NCBI GenBank assembly: GCA_963781585.1
Contig: CAWAGQ010000006.1
Span: 96,001 to 160,000 of the forward strand
DNA length: 64,000 nucleotides
Direction: 5' to 3'
DNA from: an uncultured Gemmatimonadaceae bacterium
GTDB taxonomy: Bacteria; Gemmatimonadota; Gemmatimonadetes; Gemmatimonadales; Gemmatimonadaceae
The notes under the pieces are model-generated. The model was not told the origin of the DNA and made no database searches. It worked only from the letters and a program-made list of their open reading frames with translations. Below are positions 46,082 through 56,282 of this stretch, in pieces. The translations under genes were made by a program, and so were the position numbers. Each line of letters begins with the position of its first letter. Within the stretch, counting starts at the first letter, position 1.

Positions 46082-48484
46082 TCAGGTCCGCACCAGACAG
46101 ACGAACGCGAGCTCGGCATCGGCTTCGAAGCCTGGAGAGGCCGGCGTCACGAGGCCGGTGATTGGTTCGACCAGCGTCGAGAGGGCGACCAGGAGGTCCT
46201 CGGCGCCACCGCTTGCACCAGCGCGATCGGCGGAATCCACCCATTCGCCGATCATGCGTTCGGCGCCGGCACCTCGCGCGGCCAGCACCAGCTCCCGGCA
46301 TCTCGCCGCCAGTTCGGTCAATCGTGCCCGCCGGTGGCGCGGCACCTGCGCGCGCAGCTCCGCAATGCGCCGCAGCGCGTGCAGGTGCTCGCGTGAGGGC
46401 GCTTCGGTGACCGGCGCCGCGAGCGCCGCGCCCCGCGCTGCGTCGAGCCATCGAGTGAGCGCCTGACGAGCGGCGCGCATGGATCGGGAATACGGTGCGT
46501 CCGCTGGCGTGTCGACACCGCCCGTGTCGCGCGCCGAATGCTGATGGTGAGCGACGCGGATCCGCCGTGCCACCTCCAGCAGGTCGCGCGGATGCTCGCT
46601 CACCTTGTCGGGCGCCACGGCGAGTAGCCGGGCGCGCGACCCCAATCGCACCAAAGCGAGCGCCTGCCAGGGCCGGTCAAGCCAGTCGGCGGCGAGGGCA
46701 GTCGCCTCCGCCGGCGAGCGCGCCGGAGCGCCCGCGATCCCGCGGCACGGATCCGTGGATCGGGAGGCAGGGACGAGCGCGGCAGGTACCGCGCCTGCAC
46801 TCTGACGGCAATCGTCGAGGGCATGCCCGGGCCCGCGACGCCAGGCGGCCAGCACGGTCCCAAGCGCCTCATTCCAGCCGGTCAGATCGCTCTCCGGTGG
46901 ACGGTTCGTCCGACTGAGGCGTTGGCCGAAGAGCGGTTCCTGGGACGCCACCTCGTTGGCGCCGAGCAGGGATCCGATGACTCTCGCTTTTCGCTGGAGC
47001 GCACGAATCACGGTGACGAGGGAACGGGTCTGCACGGGGGGACCGATTGCGTAGACGTGCACGCGTTCGTGCGCAGCGCCCAGCCGCCTGATGCGGCCCA
47101 GTCGCTGCTCGAGTCGCGCGATGGTCCACGGCATGTCGAGGTGAACCAGCACCGCGGCACCGTGGAGATTCAGCCCCTCGCTGAGTACGTCGGTGGAGAT
47201 GAGCAATGTGAGCGGCAATCGCCCGCTCGTGTCGGCTGCGCCGCTGCCGAACTGCCGGATGATCTCGGCGCGTGGAATGGCCCCCGACGCGATGCGCGCC
47301 CCGCTCGCGGTCACCAGCGCCACGGCACCGTCGCTCTCCATGGCCCGGTACAGCGCGCGTACCGTCTCCGCGAATTGCGAAAAGGCGACGATACGGTCGA
47401 ACGGATGCCGCGCGCGCAGGCGTCGAAGCATGGCGGCCCGCGCCGCATCGCCGTCGCCTGACGAGTCCAGGGCGCGGAGCGTCTCACGGATTCCCTGCAC
47501 GTGCGCGTCGATCGCGGCACGCACGGCGCCGGCATCGGCCACCGCTTGCTCGCGCGCCACCAGCTCCGGGAAGGCCAGCTGCATGGCATCATCGAACAGG
47601 GTCCACGCGGTGAGTTCGCGACGGGTTGGGAATCGGCCCGCGTCGAGCGCCTGACGCAAGGCCGCGGCTCGATGGACGCGCCGGTGCAGCGCAGCGCGAA
47701 GCGCCGCATCTGACGACGTCCACGTGCGGATGAGGCCGAGGCGGATCAGCGCCGCGGCGGCGCCGCCGTCCGCCGGCGGGACTGGCGGCGCGAGTTGCTG
47801 GAGCGCCCGCAACACCGCGGGGGCTCCCGGGATCGGCAGCCACCGAGGGTGAGAGAGGCGCGGCAGCGTCGCTCCACTGGTGAGCGCAGCGTGTCCGCGT
47901 CGGACGATCAGCCGGGGCAGCTGTGCTTCGCCTAACGTGTAGGCGCGCGAGCCGAGAAACAGCGCCAGTTGCGCGCGCAACTCGCCCGGACGGTTGTGGA
48001 TGGGCGTTGCCGACAGAAGGAGAACGCGCGCTCCGGCGACGAATCGCGCCAGCGCGTCATAGCGTCGGGTGCGCGGATTCCGCACGTGATGGGCTTCGTC
48101 GACGATCACGATCGCATCGCGTGGCGCCACGTCCGGCCGGCTCCGGCTCAGCGACTCGAAGGACAGGAAGCGGCCCCTCAGTCCGCTGAGGCCGAGGGCG
48201 TCGGCCCACAGGCCGCGCAGCGACGCCGGACCGACCACGAAGAACGAGGCGAACGTCCTGGCGACCGCAAGCGCAGTGTAGGTCTTGCCCATCCCGACTT
48301 CGTCCGCCAGCATGGCGCCGCGGTAGTCGGCGATGATCTCGCGCAGCCTCGCGACGGCGTCCGCCTGGTGCGGTGCCAACGTGATCGCACCCAGCGAGGC
48401 CTGAGCGCATGGTGCACCGATCCAGGCGCGCGCCATGCGATCCAGCAGCGCGGGCAGATCCGACGACTTCAGCGCGTCATCCAT
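46082..48484 (-). CDS. SNF2-like SF2 helicase/ATPase
   Basis: LAPHQ, ADEVGMGKT, VDEAHH, LSATP, FSQF, STDVLSEGLNL, EQRLGRIRR. Start ATG 48484 overlaps the MTase stop. Confidence 0.87.
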   Translation of the reverse strand: MDDALKSSDLPALLDRMARAWIGAPCAQASLGAITLAPHQADAVARLREIIADYRGAMLADEVGMGKTYTALAVARTFASFFVVGPASLRGLWADALGLSGLRGRFLSFESLSRSRPDVAPRDAIVIVDEAHHVRNPRTRRYDALARFVAGARVLLLSATPIHNRPGELRAQLALFLGSRAYTLGEAQLPRLIVRRGHAALTSGATLPRLSHPRWLPIPGAPAVLRALQQLAPPVPPADGGAAAALIRLGLIRTWTSSDAALRAALHRRVHRAAALRQALDAGRFPTRRELTAWTLFDDAMQLAFPELVAREQAVADAGAVRAAIDAHVQGIRETLRALDSSGDGDAARAAMLRRLRARHPFDRIVAFSQFAETVRALYRAMESDGAVALVTASGARIASGAIPRAEIIRQFGSGAADTSGRLPLTLLISTDVLSEGLNLHGAAVLVHLDMPWTIARLEQRLGRIRRLGAAHERVHVYAIGPPVQTRSLVTVIRALQRKARVIGSLLGANEVASQEPLFGQRLSRTNRPPESDLTGWNEALGTVLAAWRRGPGHALDDCRQSAGAVPAALVPASRSTDPCRGIAGAPARSPAEATALAADWLDRPWQALALVRLGSRARLLAVAPDKVSEHPRDLLEVARRIRVAHHQHSARDTGGVDTPADAPYSRSMRAARQALTRWLDAARGAALAAPVTEAPSREHLHALRRIAELRAQVPRHRRARLTELAARCRELVLAARGAGAERMIGEWVDSADRAGASGGAEDLLVALSTLVEPITGLVTPASPGFEADAELAFVCLVRT

Positions 48485-51400
48485 CCCAGGAGTGGTGCCA
48501 CGGTCCCGAGTCGCAGTCGGTACGCCTCGAGCACCGCCTCGAGCAGCGCACTGCGGGATGGTGGATTCCCGGCAACGCCCTGGGCGCCCAGCGGTGCCAG
48601 CAGGGTGCGTGCCCGCTGCCAGTCGTCGGGGACGGGCAGTCGCGCCACGGTCCAGGCGAGGAAGCGGTGATAGCCTCCGCGCGCGGGCTCCGCGATCGCG
48701 CCCAGCCACGCCGCCGCCAGCGTCGAGTTCAGCAGCGCCGCCAGCGCAAGCGCATCCTCCAGGTCGCGACAGACAACGACGTAGCAGGAGTTGATTGGCA
48801 CCGTTCGATTCCCGGCTGGGAGGACGAGCGCCTGGGGTGCGCGCCCCACGTCCGCCCAGACGACTCGCGGGCGGTCGAAGACAGCGGCGGCCGTTCTGAA
48901 CAGCGACCACCACGCCTTTCCATCGCGCACGTCGGCTCGTTGCAGCAGCTGCCGGCGGTAGGGCAGCAGCCAGGCGCGCACGCCGGGTGGCAGCGAGCGC
49001 AGCACGCGACCGTCATCGCCGTATGGAAAAAGGATGCTCCGGTCAGGCGTCGCGCCGGCGCGCCACGGTCGAACGTCCTCTCCGCGCAACACCGGTCGGA
49101 CGAGATCGGCTTCCACCTCTGCCGTCCTCGTCCCGCTTCGCACCCCGGCGCGGCGCCCCACGCCGTCGACGCGACGAACGAGAAAGGCCTCGTTACAGCC
49201 GCACTTCACGCCAAGGCTCGGCTGGCCAATGCCGCTCTCCGTCAGCGGGACGCCATGGCGCACCACGCGATCGAACGCCTGCCGCGCGTCAGGCGGAAGC
49301 ACCAGCCAGGGTGCGCCGGGCGTATGGTCCAGCGGGATGGTGCTCCTCGCGGCCTTCCACGAGATAGCCAGCGATCCGCGGTGGACGGCCACACGCACGT
49401 CGCCCGGGCGATCCGGCGGCAGCGGCTCCGAGACCCGGCGCGCCACCACGAGCGCGGGATACACAGCGGCATCGAAGACCGCTGGGGCCTCGCTCCAATC
49501 CTCCAGCACCCGCAGATCGTGACCCTCGTGCAGCAGGCGACGCACGCCCCCTCCCGCCAGGGAGCGCCACAGCTTCGACGGGACCAGGAGCGAGATGGCG
49601 CCGTTCGGTCTCGCGAGGGAGACGCTGCGCTCGAGGAACAGAGAGGCGAGATCGACCTGGGCGGCGAATCCGCGCCCGGCCCGCGCGTCGCGTGCGCCGG
49701 ACTCCCACGCCGCCTCCCGATAGACGAGGAAATCACGCCGGAGTCGATCACGCGCATCGGAGGAGATGCGATGGAGACGCACCCACGGCGGATTGCCGAT
49801 GACGATATCGAACCCGCCTCGCGCCGCGACGTCGGGGAAGTGCGCGGCGAACGCGAAGGGAATCGCGCCTCCGGCTTCCAGCGCGGTGAGCTGATGGCGG
49901 ATTTCGCGTCCGCGCGCCCGCAGGATCGCGAGCGCGCGTCTCTCGCCGGCGAGCACCCCCCGTCGCGCACCGAAGAGATCGCGCCCACGGGCCGCGGCGA
50001 GCAGCGATCGGCGCTCCTGGGCGATGGCCCCGAGGCGTCCTTCGAGCCAGGCCCGGGCTTCGGCGCGCTCGGCTCGATCGAGCGCGCGGGCCAGCGTCCG
50101 CTTGCGGCCAGCCGTGGCGTGTGCGTACCGGGTGCGCAGGCGGGCGAGTGCCGCGACACCATGCGCGGCACTCGCCCCGGGAGATCGCGATCGCTGGGAG
50201 ACGATGGTGAAATCGCCACCCGCCAGTGCGTCGCCGCATCGCACGTTGTGATCGAGGTTGGGGAGGGGCGTCACGCGCAGCGGATCCGTCTCGTCGTAGT
50301 CGATCACGACCGCCAGCCAGAGACGCAGCTCGCAGAGCCAGACCGCGATGGGGTTCACATCGACGCCGAAGACGCTCTCGGTCAGAACAACCCGTCGCAC
50401 GTGGTGGCGCTCACGCGCGTCGCCCGCGGCGCACCGCAGCGTCGTCAGGACCTCCAGCGCGTGAACCAGCAGCGCGCCCGAGCCGCACGCCGGATCGAGG
50501 ATGCGCATCGTGGGCAGCACCGCGCGCAGCGTCGCGGCGACGTCGGGATCGGGTTCCTGCCCGCGCAAGGCGCGCGAGACCGGGTCGGCGCCAATCCCGT
50601 GAGCGTCCAGGCTGGCCTCCAGCGCGGTTTCGGTGATGCGCTCTACCAGCGGCTGCGGAGTGAAATACGCGCCACTGTTCCGGCGTTCGCGTGACGCCAT
50701 GAGCGACTCGAACGCCCGCCCGAGCATCTCGGGATCGATGGCCGCCTCGTTCCAGTCTCCGCTCTGCTCGCGAGCCGTGAAGCGATAGCGCAGCAGGAGC
50801 TCGTCGTAGAATCGCGCCCAGTCCTCGTCGCGAATGAGAACGGTGCGCGCCCGCGCTTCACCGGCCGACCGCTGGAACAGACCGCCATTGAGAAACGGAA
50901 TCCGGCCGAAGGCACGCGCCGACGCAGCGCGCCTGGCGGGCCTGGTGTTCAGCGTCCCGAAGAAGAGCGGCCACAAGACGCGCCGATGGAAGCCCCCGCC
51001 GCTGCGCATGCAGTCGTCGAACACTCGCGCCAGGAATGACCGGTCGCCGGCCAGCCAGCCCTTGCTCTCGAGAAACGCGAGAAACAGGAGGCGCGACACG
51101 TTGAGGAGCGCGATCTCGCGGCGGTCGTCGTCCCGGGCCCGGCCCGACGCCGCGCGCGCCATGTCGCCCACGAGGTGCTCGAGCGCGGCGTAGAAGCGAC
51201 CCGACAGCATTTCCCGACCGAGCAGCTCGTGCCATCGCGCGTGGATGCAGAGATCGTTCCCGCCCACGGCGGCGGCCAACGCGGCGATGGTCTCCACATC
51301 GCTGCCGAGGATACGGGTCCGGTCCACCAGCAGCGCCGCCACCTTGGGCGGCAATCGATCGCTCGTCCAGGTGGCCACCGCGAGCTCGGCGCTGGCGGCG

Positions 51401-51699
51401 TCTGACACCAGGACCAGCCAGAGCAGGTGCGGGGCGCGTGCGGCCAGGCGGGCGGCCAGTCGCCCCAGCTGGTGGCGCAGCGAACCGCCATCCCTCGACC
51501 GGAGGAGCAGCGCACGAGTGGCGCCCGGGCCGGCGGCCAGATGGGCGTCGTACAGGTCGTGCGGAAACCCGAAGGCCTCACGCGACGCGTCGTCGAGCGG
51601 CGCATGATCGCCGAAGCCCAGGGTACGCGCCAGGGCCGCGAGTGAGGCGATGGAATCGGCGCCGGCCAGAAGCGGCAGCCAGGAGCGGCGGGGGAGCAC
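48469..51699 (-). CDS. Large N6-adenine DNA methyltransferase (Eco57I/type IIG-like architecture with TaqI_C-like TRD)
   Basis: PFLNGGLF, GAYFTP, LDPACGSG (motif I), FGVDVN, IGNPPW (motif IV); C-terminal LRGEDV..W...ALLNS. Confidence 0.88.
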   Translation of the reverse strand: MLPRRSWLPLLAGADSIASLAALARTLGFGDHAPLDDASREAFGFPHDLYDAHLAAGPGATRALLLRSRDGGSLRHQLGRLAARLAARAPHLLWLVLVSDAASAELAVATWTSDRLPPKVAALLVDRTRILGSDVETIAALAAAVGGNDLCIHARWHELLGREMLSGRFYAALEHLVGDMARAASGRARDDDRREIALLNVSRLLFLAFLESKGWLAGDRSFLARVFDDCMRSGGGFHRRVLWPLFFGTLNTRPARRAASARAFGRIPFLNGGLFQRSAGEARARTVLIRDEDWARFYDELLLRYRFTAREQSGDWNEAAIDPEMLGRAFESLMASRERRNSGAYFTPQPLVERITETALEASLDAHGIGADPVSRALRGQEPDPDVAATLRAVLPTMRILDPACGSGALLVHALEVLTTLRCAAGDARERHHVRRVVLTESVFGVDVNPIAVWLCELRLWLAVVIDYDETDPLRVTPLPNLDHNVRCGDALAGGDFTIVSQRSRSPGASAAHGVAALARLRTRYAHATAGRKRTLARALDRAERAEARAWLEGRLGAIAQERRSLLAAARGRDLFGARRGVLAGERRALAILRARGREIRHQLTALEAGGAIPFAFAAHFPDVAARGGFDIVIGNPPWVRLHRISSDARDRLRRDFLVYREAAWESGARDARAGRGFAAQVDLASLFLERSVSLARPNGAISLLVPSKLWRSLAGGGVRRLLHEGHDLRVLEDWSEAPAVFDAAVYPALVVARRVSEPLPPDRPGDVRVAVHRGSLAISWKAARSTIPLDHTPGAPWLVLPPDARQAFDRVVRHGVPLTESGIGQPSLGVKCGCNEAFLVRRVDGVGRRAGVRSGTRTAEVEADLVRPVLRGEDVRPWRAGATPDRSILFPYGDDGRVLRSLPPGVRAWLLPYRRQLLQRADVRDGKAWWSLFRTAAAVFDRPRVVWADVGRAPQALVLPAGNRTVPINSCYVVVCRDLEDALALAALLNSTLAAAWLGAIAEPARGGYHRFLAWTVARLPVPDDWQRARTLLAPLGAQGVAGNPPSRSALLEAVLEAYRLRLGTVAPLLGWMTR

Positions 51700-51820
51700 G
51701 CGCCCACGCTACCCGACGTGGTTTGCCGCTCCGTCATCATGGCATTGCGCACCCGGGCAAAATCACGGCGGGTCATCGCTGAACCCCGTCGCGACCTGTG
51801 AGCCGTTCTCTTCGATCTTT

Positions 51821-51870
51821 GCGCTCTGGCCTCTGGCCTCTGGAGGCTGGACTGCGGCCTCTGGACTGAC
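51821..51870. repeat. Intergenic heptamer array (GGCCTCT-type)
   Basis: gcgctct ggcctct ggcctct ggaggct ggactgc ggcctct ggactga. Confidence 0.7.
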
Positions 51871-51980
51871 TCCACGCTCGCCAAACCCCGTGGCACACGT
51901 TATCGTCGAGGCGGTCTCACCTTGGACAGACGCTCGTGACCAGCCCCTCGACCGGTTCCGAATCCAGGACGACCGCGTCG

Positions 51981-53048
51981 ATGCCGGTGGCCCTGTCGAA
52001 GCTGCAGCAGAACATCGTCTTCGGCGTCCTGGTCTACTACGCGGCCCTGTTGGCCCTGGCGTTCGCGCTCTGGCGTTTTCTGCCCGGGCCGTTGCATGAT
52101 CGCCTGGCGGCGGCAGTAAGACCGCTTACCGGCCAGATCGGCGACAGCGGGGGCCTGCTCACGTCGGGACCACCGGGCGCGAAGGTACCGCCCCAGGCCG
52201 CGTTGCTCATGACGATCATCGCGGGCCTCTCGGGCCTCCTGCTCGCCCTGCCGATGTCCTGGGTGTACATGTTCACGCGGCAGAAGAAGGGATACTCACA
52301 GTCGGTGGTCCACAGCCTGGTGATGCTGCCCGTGGTGGTGGCCATCATCGCGGCCCTGGTGCGGAGCAGCGTGGCGCTGGCGTTCAGCCTGGCCGGCGTG
52401 GTGGCCGCGGTCAGGTTCCGCACCAACCTCGAAGACAGCAAGGATGCGGTGTTCGTCTTCGCGGTCATGGCGTTAGGCCTGGCGTGCGGCGTGGAGCTCG
52501 AGGTTGCCGCCGTCCTGTCCATGCTCTGGGTCGCGATCACGCTGGGCCTCTGGTACACCGATTACGCGCGTACGCCGCCGTCGCTGGAAGGGGCGCGCGC
52601 CGAGCAGCACATGCAGCGCGCGCTGGCCATCGCCAACCGCACCAGCCAGTTCGTGGCCCGCCTTGACCGCGAGATCCTGGAGGCGATGGCGCCGGCCCAG
52701 CTCGATGCGCTCCAGTCGCGCGTGGAGAAGCGGAAATCGGAACTCGAGGACAAGAAGAAGAAAAAGAAGGACGGCGCCGAGACCGGTGACGAGGAAGGGC
52801 CGCGGTTCGACGGCCGCCTCACGATTACCGTCAGCGATCCCGATGCGGCGCAGCCAGCCATCGAAGCGCTGTTCGAAACGCAGCTCAAGCGCTGGAAGGT
52901 GATCCGGCTCGAGCGCGAGGACGGCGTGGCCAGAATCGTGTATGCCGTGCGACCGAAGAAGGGCGGAACGCTCGAAACTGTTGCGGCGACCGTTGAGCGC
53001 GATGGCGCTCCCTACGTGTCGGGTACGGAGGTGGAACGATGGATCTGA
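51981..53048 (+). CDS. DUF4956-like membrane protein
   Basis: SVALAFSLAGVVAAVRFRTNLEDSKDAVFVF..MALGLACG is characteristic of DUF4956. Confidence 0.8.
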   Translation: MPVALSKLQQNIVFGVLVYYAALLALAFALWRFLPGPLHDRLAAAVRPLTGQIGDSGGLLTSGPPGAKVPPQAALLMTIIAGLSGLLLALPMSWVYMFTRQKKGYSQSVVHSLVMLPVVVAIIAALVRSSVALAFSLAGVVAAVRFRTNLEDSKDAVFVFAVMALGLACGVELEVAAVLSMLWVAITLGLWYTDYARTPPSLEGARAEQHMQRALAIANRTSQFVARLDREILEAMAPAQLDALQSRVEKRKSELEDKKKKKKDGAETGDEEGPRFDGRLTITVSDPDAAQPAIEALFETQLKRWKVIRLEREDGVARIVYAVRPKKGGTLETVAATVERDGAPYVSGTEVERWI

Positions 53049-54208
53049 CGACGACTTCGGTCGCGCGCGCCATCTGGCGCGCCGGCATGCTCGCCGCGCT
53101 CCTCGGCGTCAGCGCACCGCTCGCCCTCGGAGCTCAGGCCGGCGGCACCAAGGACGCGAAGGCCAAGCAGGCGAAAGCCAAGGAACCCAAGGCGCCGCCC
53201 GACAGCGCTACGATCGCCAAGTGGAAGGTCGCGGCCGAGGCCCTTCCGCTGTTCAAGAGCGCCGACCCGGTCGTGTTCACGCTCGTGGCGGACTTCAAGA
53301 CGGTGCTCAAGGACCGGGATACCCTGAGCACCAAGGAGTATCCCGCCACCGTGATCCTCGGCGACAGCGGGGAGAGTCAACGCAAGATCCCGGTGACGCT
53401 GCGCACCCGCGGCCACTTTCGTCTGTCCAACCGCAACTGCTCCTTCGTCCCCCTGCGCATCAATTTCCCCAAGGGCGAGTTGAAGGGCACGGTCTTCGAT
53501 GGACAGGACAAGGTCAAGCTCGGAACGCATTGCCAGGATCGGTCCGACTACGAGCAGTACGTGCTGCGCGAGCAGGCCGCGTATCGCGTGCAGAACATCC
53601 TCACCGAGCGAAGCTTCCGCACGCGTCTGGCGCGCGTGACCTACGTCGATTCCGTGGCCGGGAAGTCGCTCGGCACCCACAACGGGATTCTGTTCGAGGA
53701 CGCCGCCGACGTCGCGAGCCGGATGGGAGGGCAAGTCGTCGATCTGCGCGGCGCGTTGTTCGACGACGTCGATCACGCCCAGATGAACGCCGTGTCGATC
53801 TTCGAGTATTTCGTGGGCAACACCGACTGGTCGTTGTACGCGCTCCACAACATCAGACTGGTGCGGACCCCGAAGGGAGTGATCTATCCGCTTGCTTACG
53901 ACCTCGACTTCTCGGGGCTGGTGGGCACCCGGTACGCAACGCCCGACTACCACCTGCCGATTCACAACGTGAAGGACCGGATGTACCGCGGGCCGTGCCG
54001 GACGGTGGAGGACCTCGATCCGCAGCTCGGCGTGTATCGCGAAAAGCAGGCGCAGGTCCTGGCGGTGTACGACAGCGTCCCGGACCTCGATCCGCGGTAC
54101 GCGAAGGACGCGCAGAGCTACCTGACCGAATTCTTCAAGTTGATCGAGAAGCCGCGGGACGTGAAATTCAAGTTGGTCGACGCCTGCGAGGGGAAACCGA
54201 CCGCCTGA
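53039..54208 (+). CDS. Exported CotH-like atypical kinase-fold protein
   Basis: Signal peptide; RTRG..R, KLGTHC, LRE..AY, FVGNTDW, HNI, YDLDFS. Confidence 0.65.
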   Translation: MDLTTTSVARAIWRAGMLAALLGVSAPLALGAQAGGTKDAKAKQAKAKEPKAPPDSATIAKWKVAAEALPLFKSADPVVFTLVADFKTVLKDRDTLSTKEYPATVILGDSGESQRKIPVTLRTRGHFRLSNRNCSFVPLRINFPKGELKGTVFDGQDKVKLGTHCQDRSDYEQYVLREQAAYRVQNILTERSFRTRLARVTYVDSVAGKSLGTHNGILFEDAADVASRMGGQVVDLRGALFDDVDHAQMNAVSIFEYFVGNTDWSLYALHNIRLVRTPKGVIYPLAYDLDFSGLVGTRYATPDYHLPIHNVKDRMYRGPCRTVEDLDPQLGVYREKQAQVLAVYDSVPDLDPRYAKDAQSYLTEFFKLIEKPRDVKFKLVDACEGKPTA

Positions 54209-54275
54209 ACGCACCCGGGCCGTCAGGAGCCGGGGCAGGCGTCTCTGCGAGATCGTCTTGTTCGCGAGACCGCCG

Positions 54276-55541
54276 TCAGGGCGGCGAGGCCGCAAGCACC
54301 GGCGCACGCGCCCGGCCACTCAAGGCAACCGCCGCCGCCAGGTCGCCCGTGACGTTCGCGGCGGTGCGGAACATGTCCGGAATGGTGTCCACGCCGAGGA
54401 GGATGCCGAGTCCATCGAGCGGGAGCCCGGCACTCATCAGTACAGGGGCCATGATCACGATCGACCCGCCAGGGATGCCGGGTACGCTGAAGCTGGTGAG
54501 GACACCCGTGACAACGACGCTCGCGAGCTGGGCGGGCGAGAGGTCCACGCCATAGATCCGCGCGATGAAGATCACGCCGGCGGTCTGGCCCAACCCGGCC
54601 CCCACGCGATACATCGATGCGGCCAGAGGAAGAAAGAAGCTCGACATCTGCTCGGGGAGGTGAAGCCGCGTTCGGGCGCACTCGATCATCGCCGGCAGCG
54701 TCGCCAGCGACGAACGCGAACTGAAGGCGACGGCCTGGGCGGGGAAAATGGCGCGCGCGAACTGGCCAACCGGGATTCCACCTGACGACGAGGCCAGAGG
54801 ATAGAGAACCACCAGCGCGAACACGGTGGTGACCACCGCGATCACAACGATGTAGCCCGCGAGCGCGCCGGCGGCCGACAACCCCAGCCTGGCGCCAAGC
54901 GCCAGCGACAGGGCGAAGACGCCGATCGGTGCCAACGCGAGGATCCAGCGGACCAGAAGCAGGGCCACGTCGCGGATGGCCTCGAACACACGCACTACTG
55001 CCTGACGAGCCTCGCCCTGTTGCGTGGCCAGCGCGAGACCAAACGCCAGCGAAAACACGATCAGCGGCAGCATCGCGGCGTCGGTTGCGGCGCGAACCGG
55101 ATTGGTGGGCACCAGACTTACGAGCCACTGCACAAGCGTGGGAATCCGGTTGACTGCCTCCGGCGCTCCCGCGCTCGACCCCGAGCGCAGCGCAGCCGTC
55201 GTCGCCGCGTCGATGTGGAACGCGTTCAGGAGCGACGGGGCGACCAGTGCCGTGGCAATCGCCGCCACGAAGCAGGTCGCGAGAATGAACAGCAGCGCGC
55301 GCGAGCCGAGGCGGCCCAGAGTGCGGGGGCTCGGCACAGACGCCACGCCGGCGATCAGGCTGCCCACCACCAGCGGAATCACCGTCATCCGGATGGCGTT
55401 GATCCAGAGCGTTCCCAGAGGCGCGACGTACCCCACCGCGGCCTGGAGGCCGGGCGAACCGGACACCGAGATGGCCACCCCGGCGGCAAGCCCGACGCTG
55501 AGGGCGATGAGCACTCTGGTCGTCAGCGACATGTGCCCCAA
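54276..55541 (-). CDS. Dicarboxylate/amino acid:cation symporter (DAACS/GltP family)
   Basis: AFSSRSSLATLP, DMFRTAANVTGD; multiple TM helices. Confidence 0.92.
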   Translation of the reverse strand: MGHMSLTTRVLIALSVGLAAGVAISVSGSPGLQAAVGYVAPLGTLWINAIRMTVIPLVVGSLIAGVASVPSPRTLGRLGSRALLFILATCFVAAIATALVAPSLLNAFHIDAATTAALRSGSSAGAPEAVNRIPTLVQWLVSLVPTNPVRAATDAAMLPLIVFSLAFGLALATQQGEARQAVVRVFEAIRDVALLLVRWILALAPIGVFALSLALGARLGLSAAGALAGYIVVIAVVTTVFALVVLYPLASSSGGIPVGQFARAIFPAQAVAFSSRSSLATLPAMIECARTRLHLPEQMSSFFLPLAASMYRVGAGLGQTAGVIFIARIYGVDLSPAQLASVVVTGVLTSFSVPGIPGGSIVIMAPVLMSAGLPLDGLGILLGVDTIPDMFRTAANVTGDLAAAVALSGRARAPVLAASPP

Positions 55542-55786
55542 GGTAGAGCTGTTGAGCGGCTGCCGGGAGGCGGGCCTCGTGTCTCGATCGCGGGCGACCA
55601 GCCGCCCGAACTCGAGAGAGGTTTCACTTGCGGCCGGAGGCGCACGGCGTTGCCGCCGGCGGGTGCAGCGTCGATCTTAGCTTCGGACGCCCCGGTGAGT
55701 GGGCGGGGTCGTGCGCGTCGCTCGTTCGCCCGACCCGCGAGAAGCGCTCACGCCGCTCACGCCTCCCCTAACAGTGAAACACCATC

Positions 55787-56149
55787 ATGGCCAACAAGAG
55801 CTATGACGATCTGGTCCGCGAATCGAAGACCCGGATCCGCGAGTTCACGCCGCGTCAGACCCAGGAATTGTTGCAGCGCGAACCGGACACAGTGCTGATC
55901 GACTGTCGCGAGCCGAACGAGTTCGCCTTGGGTCATATCCCCGGCGCAGTGTTCATTCCGCGCGGCGTTCTGGAGCAGACCATCGAGCGGGCCGCGTCGC
56001 GCGAGCGCCGGATCGTGCTCTACTGCGCCAGCGGAAACCGCTCGGCGCTTGCCGCCGACGTGCTCCAGCAAATGGGCTACCAGGATGTGGCATCGATGTC
56101 GGAAGGAATCCGGGGCTGGGTGGACCAGGGAGGGGAGGTGGCGGAGTGA
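55787..56149 (+). CDS. Rhodanese-like sulfurtransferase domain protein
   Basis: IDCRE..E...GHIPGA, YCASGNRS. Confidence 0.9.
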   Translation: MANKSYDDLVRESKTRIREFTPRQTQELLQREPDTVLIDCREPNEFALGHIPGAVFIPRGVLEQTIERAASRERRIVLYCASGNRSALAADVLQQMGYQDVASMSEGIRGWVDQGGEVAE

Positions 56150-56222
56150 GGCCATAGGCCATAGGTCAGTGGGCCAAAGGTCATAAGGCCACAGGTCAAA
56201 GGCCAAAGGTCATGGGCCAGGG
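56150..56222. repeat. Intergenic heptamer array (GGYCANN)
   Basis: ggccata ggccata ggtcagt ... aggccac aggtcaa aggccaa aggtcat gggccag. Confidence 0.8.
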
Positions 56223-56282
56223 GCGCAGCCCGCGACTCCTAGTTTTTCGCTGATCGCTGATAGCTGCCTGCTCCGTTATCAC

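Noticed and set aside
46082..51699. Complete DISARM, BREX or type I/III R-M system
   Set aside because: No drmA/B/C, brxC/pglZ/brxL, hsdS/hsdR or res genes adjacent; only the two-gene module is supported.
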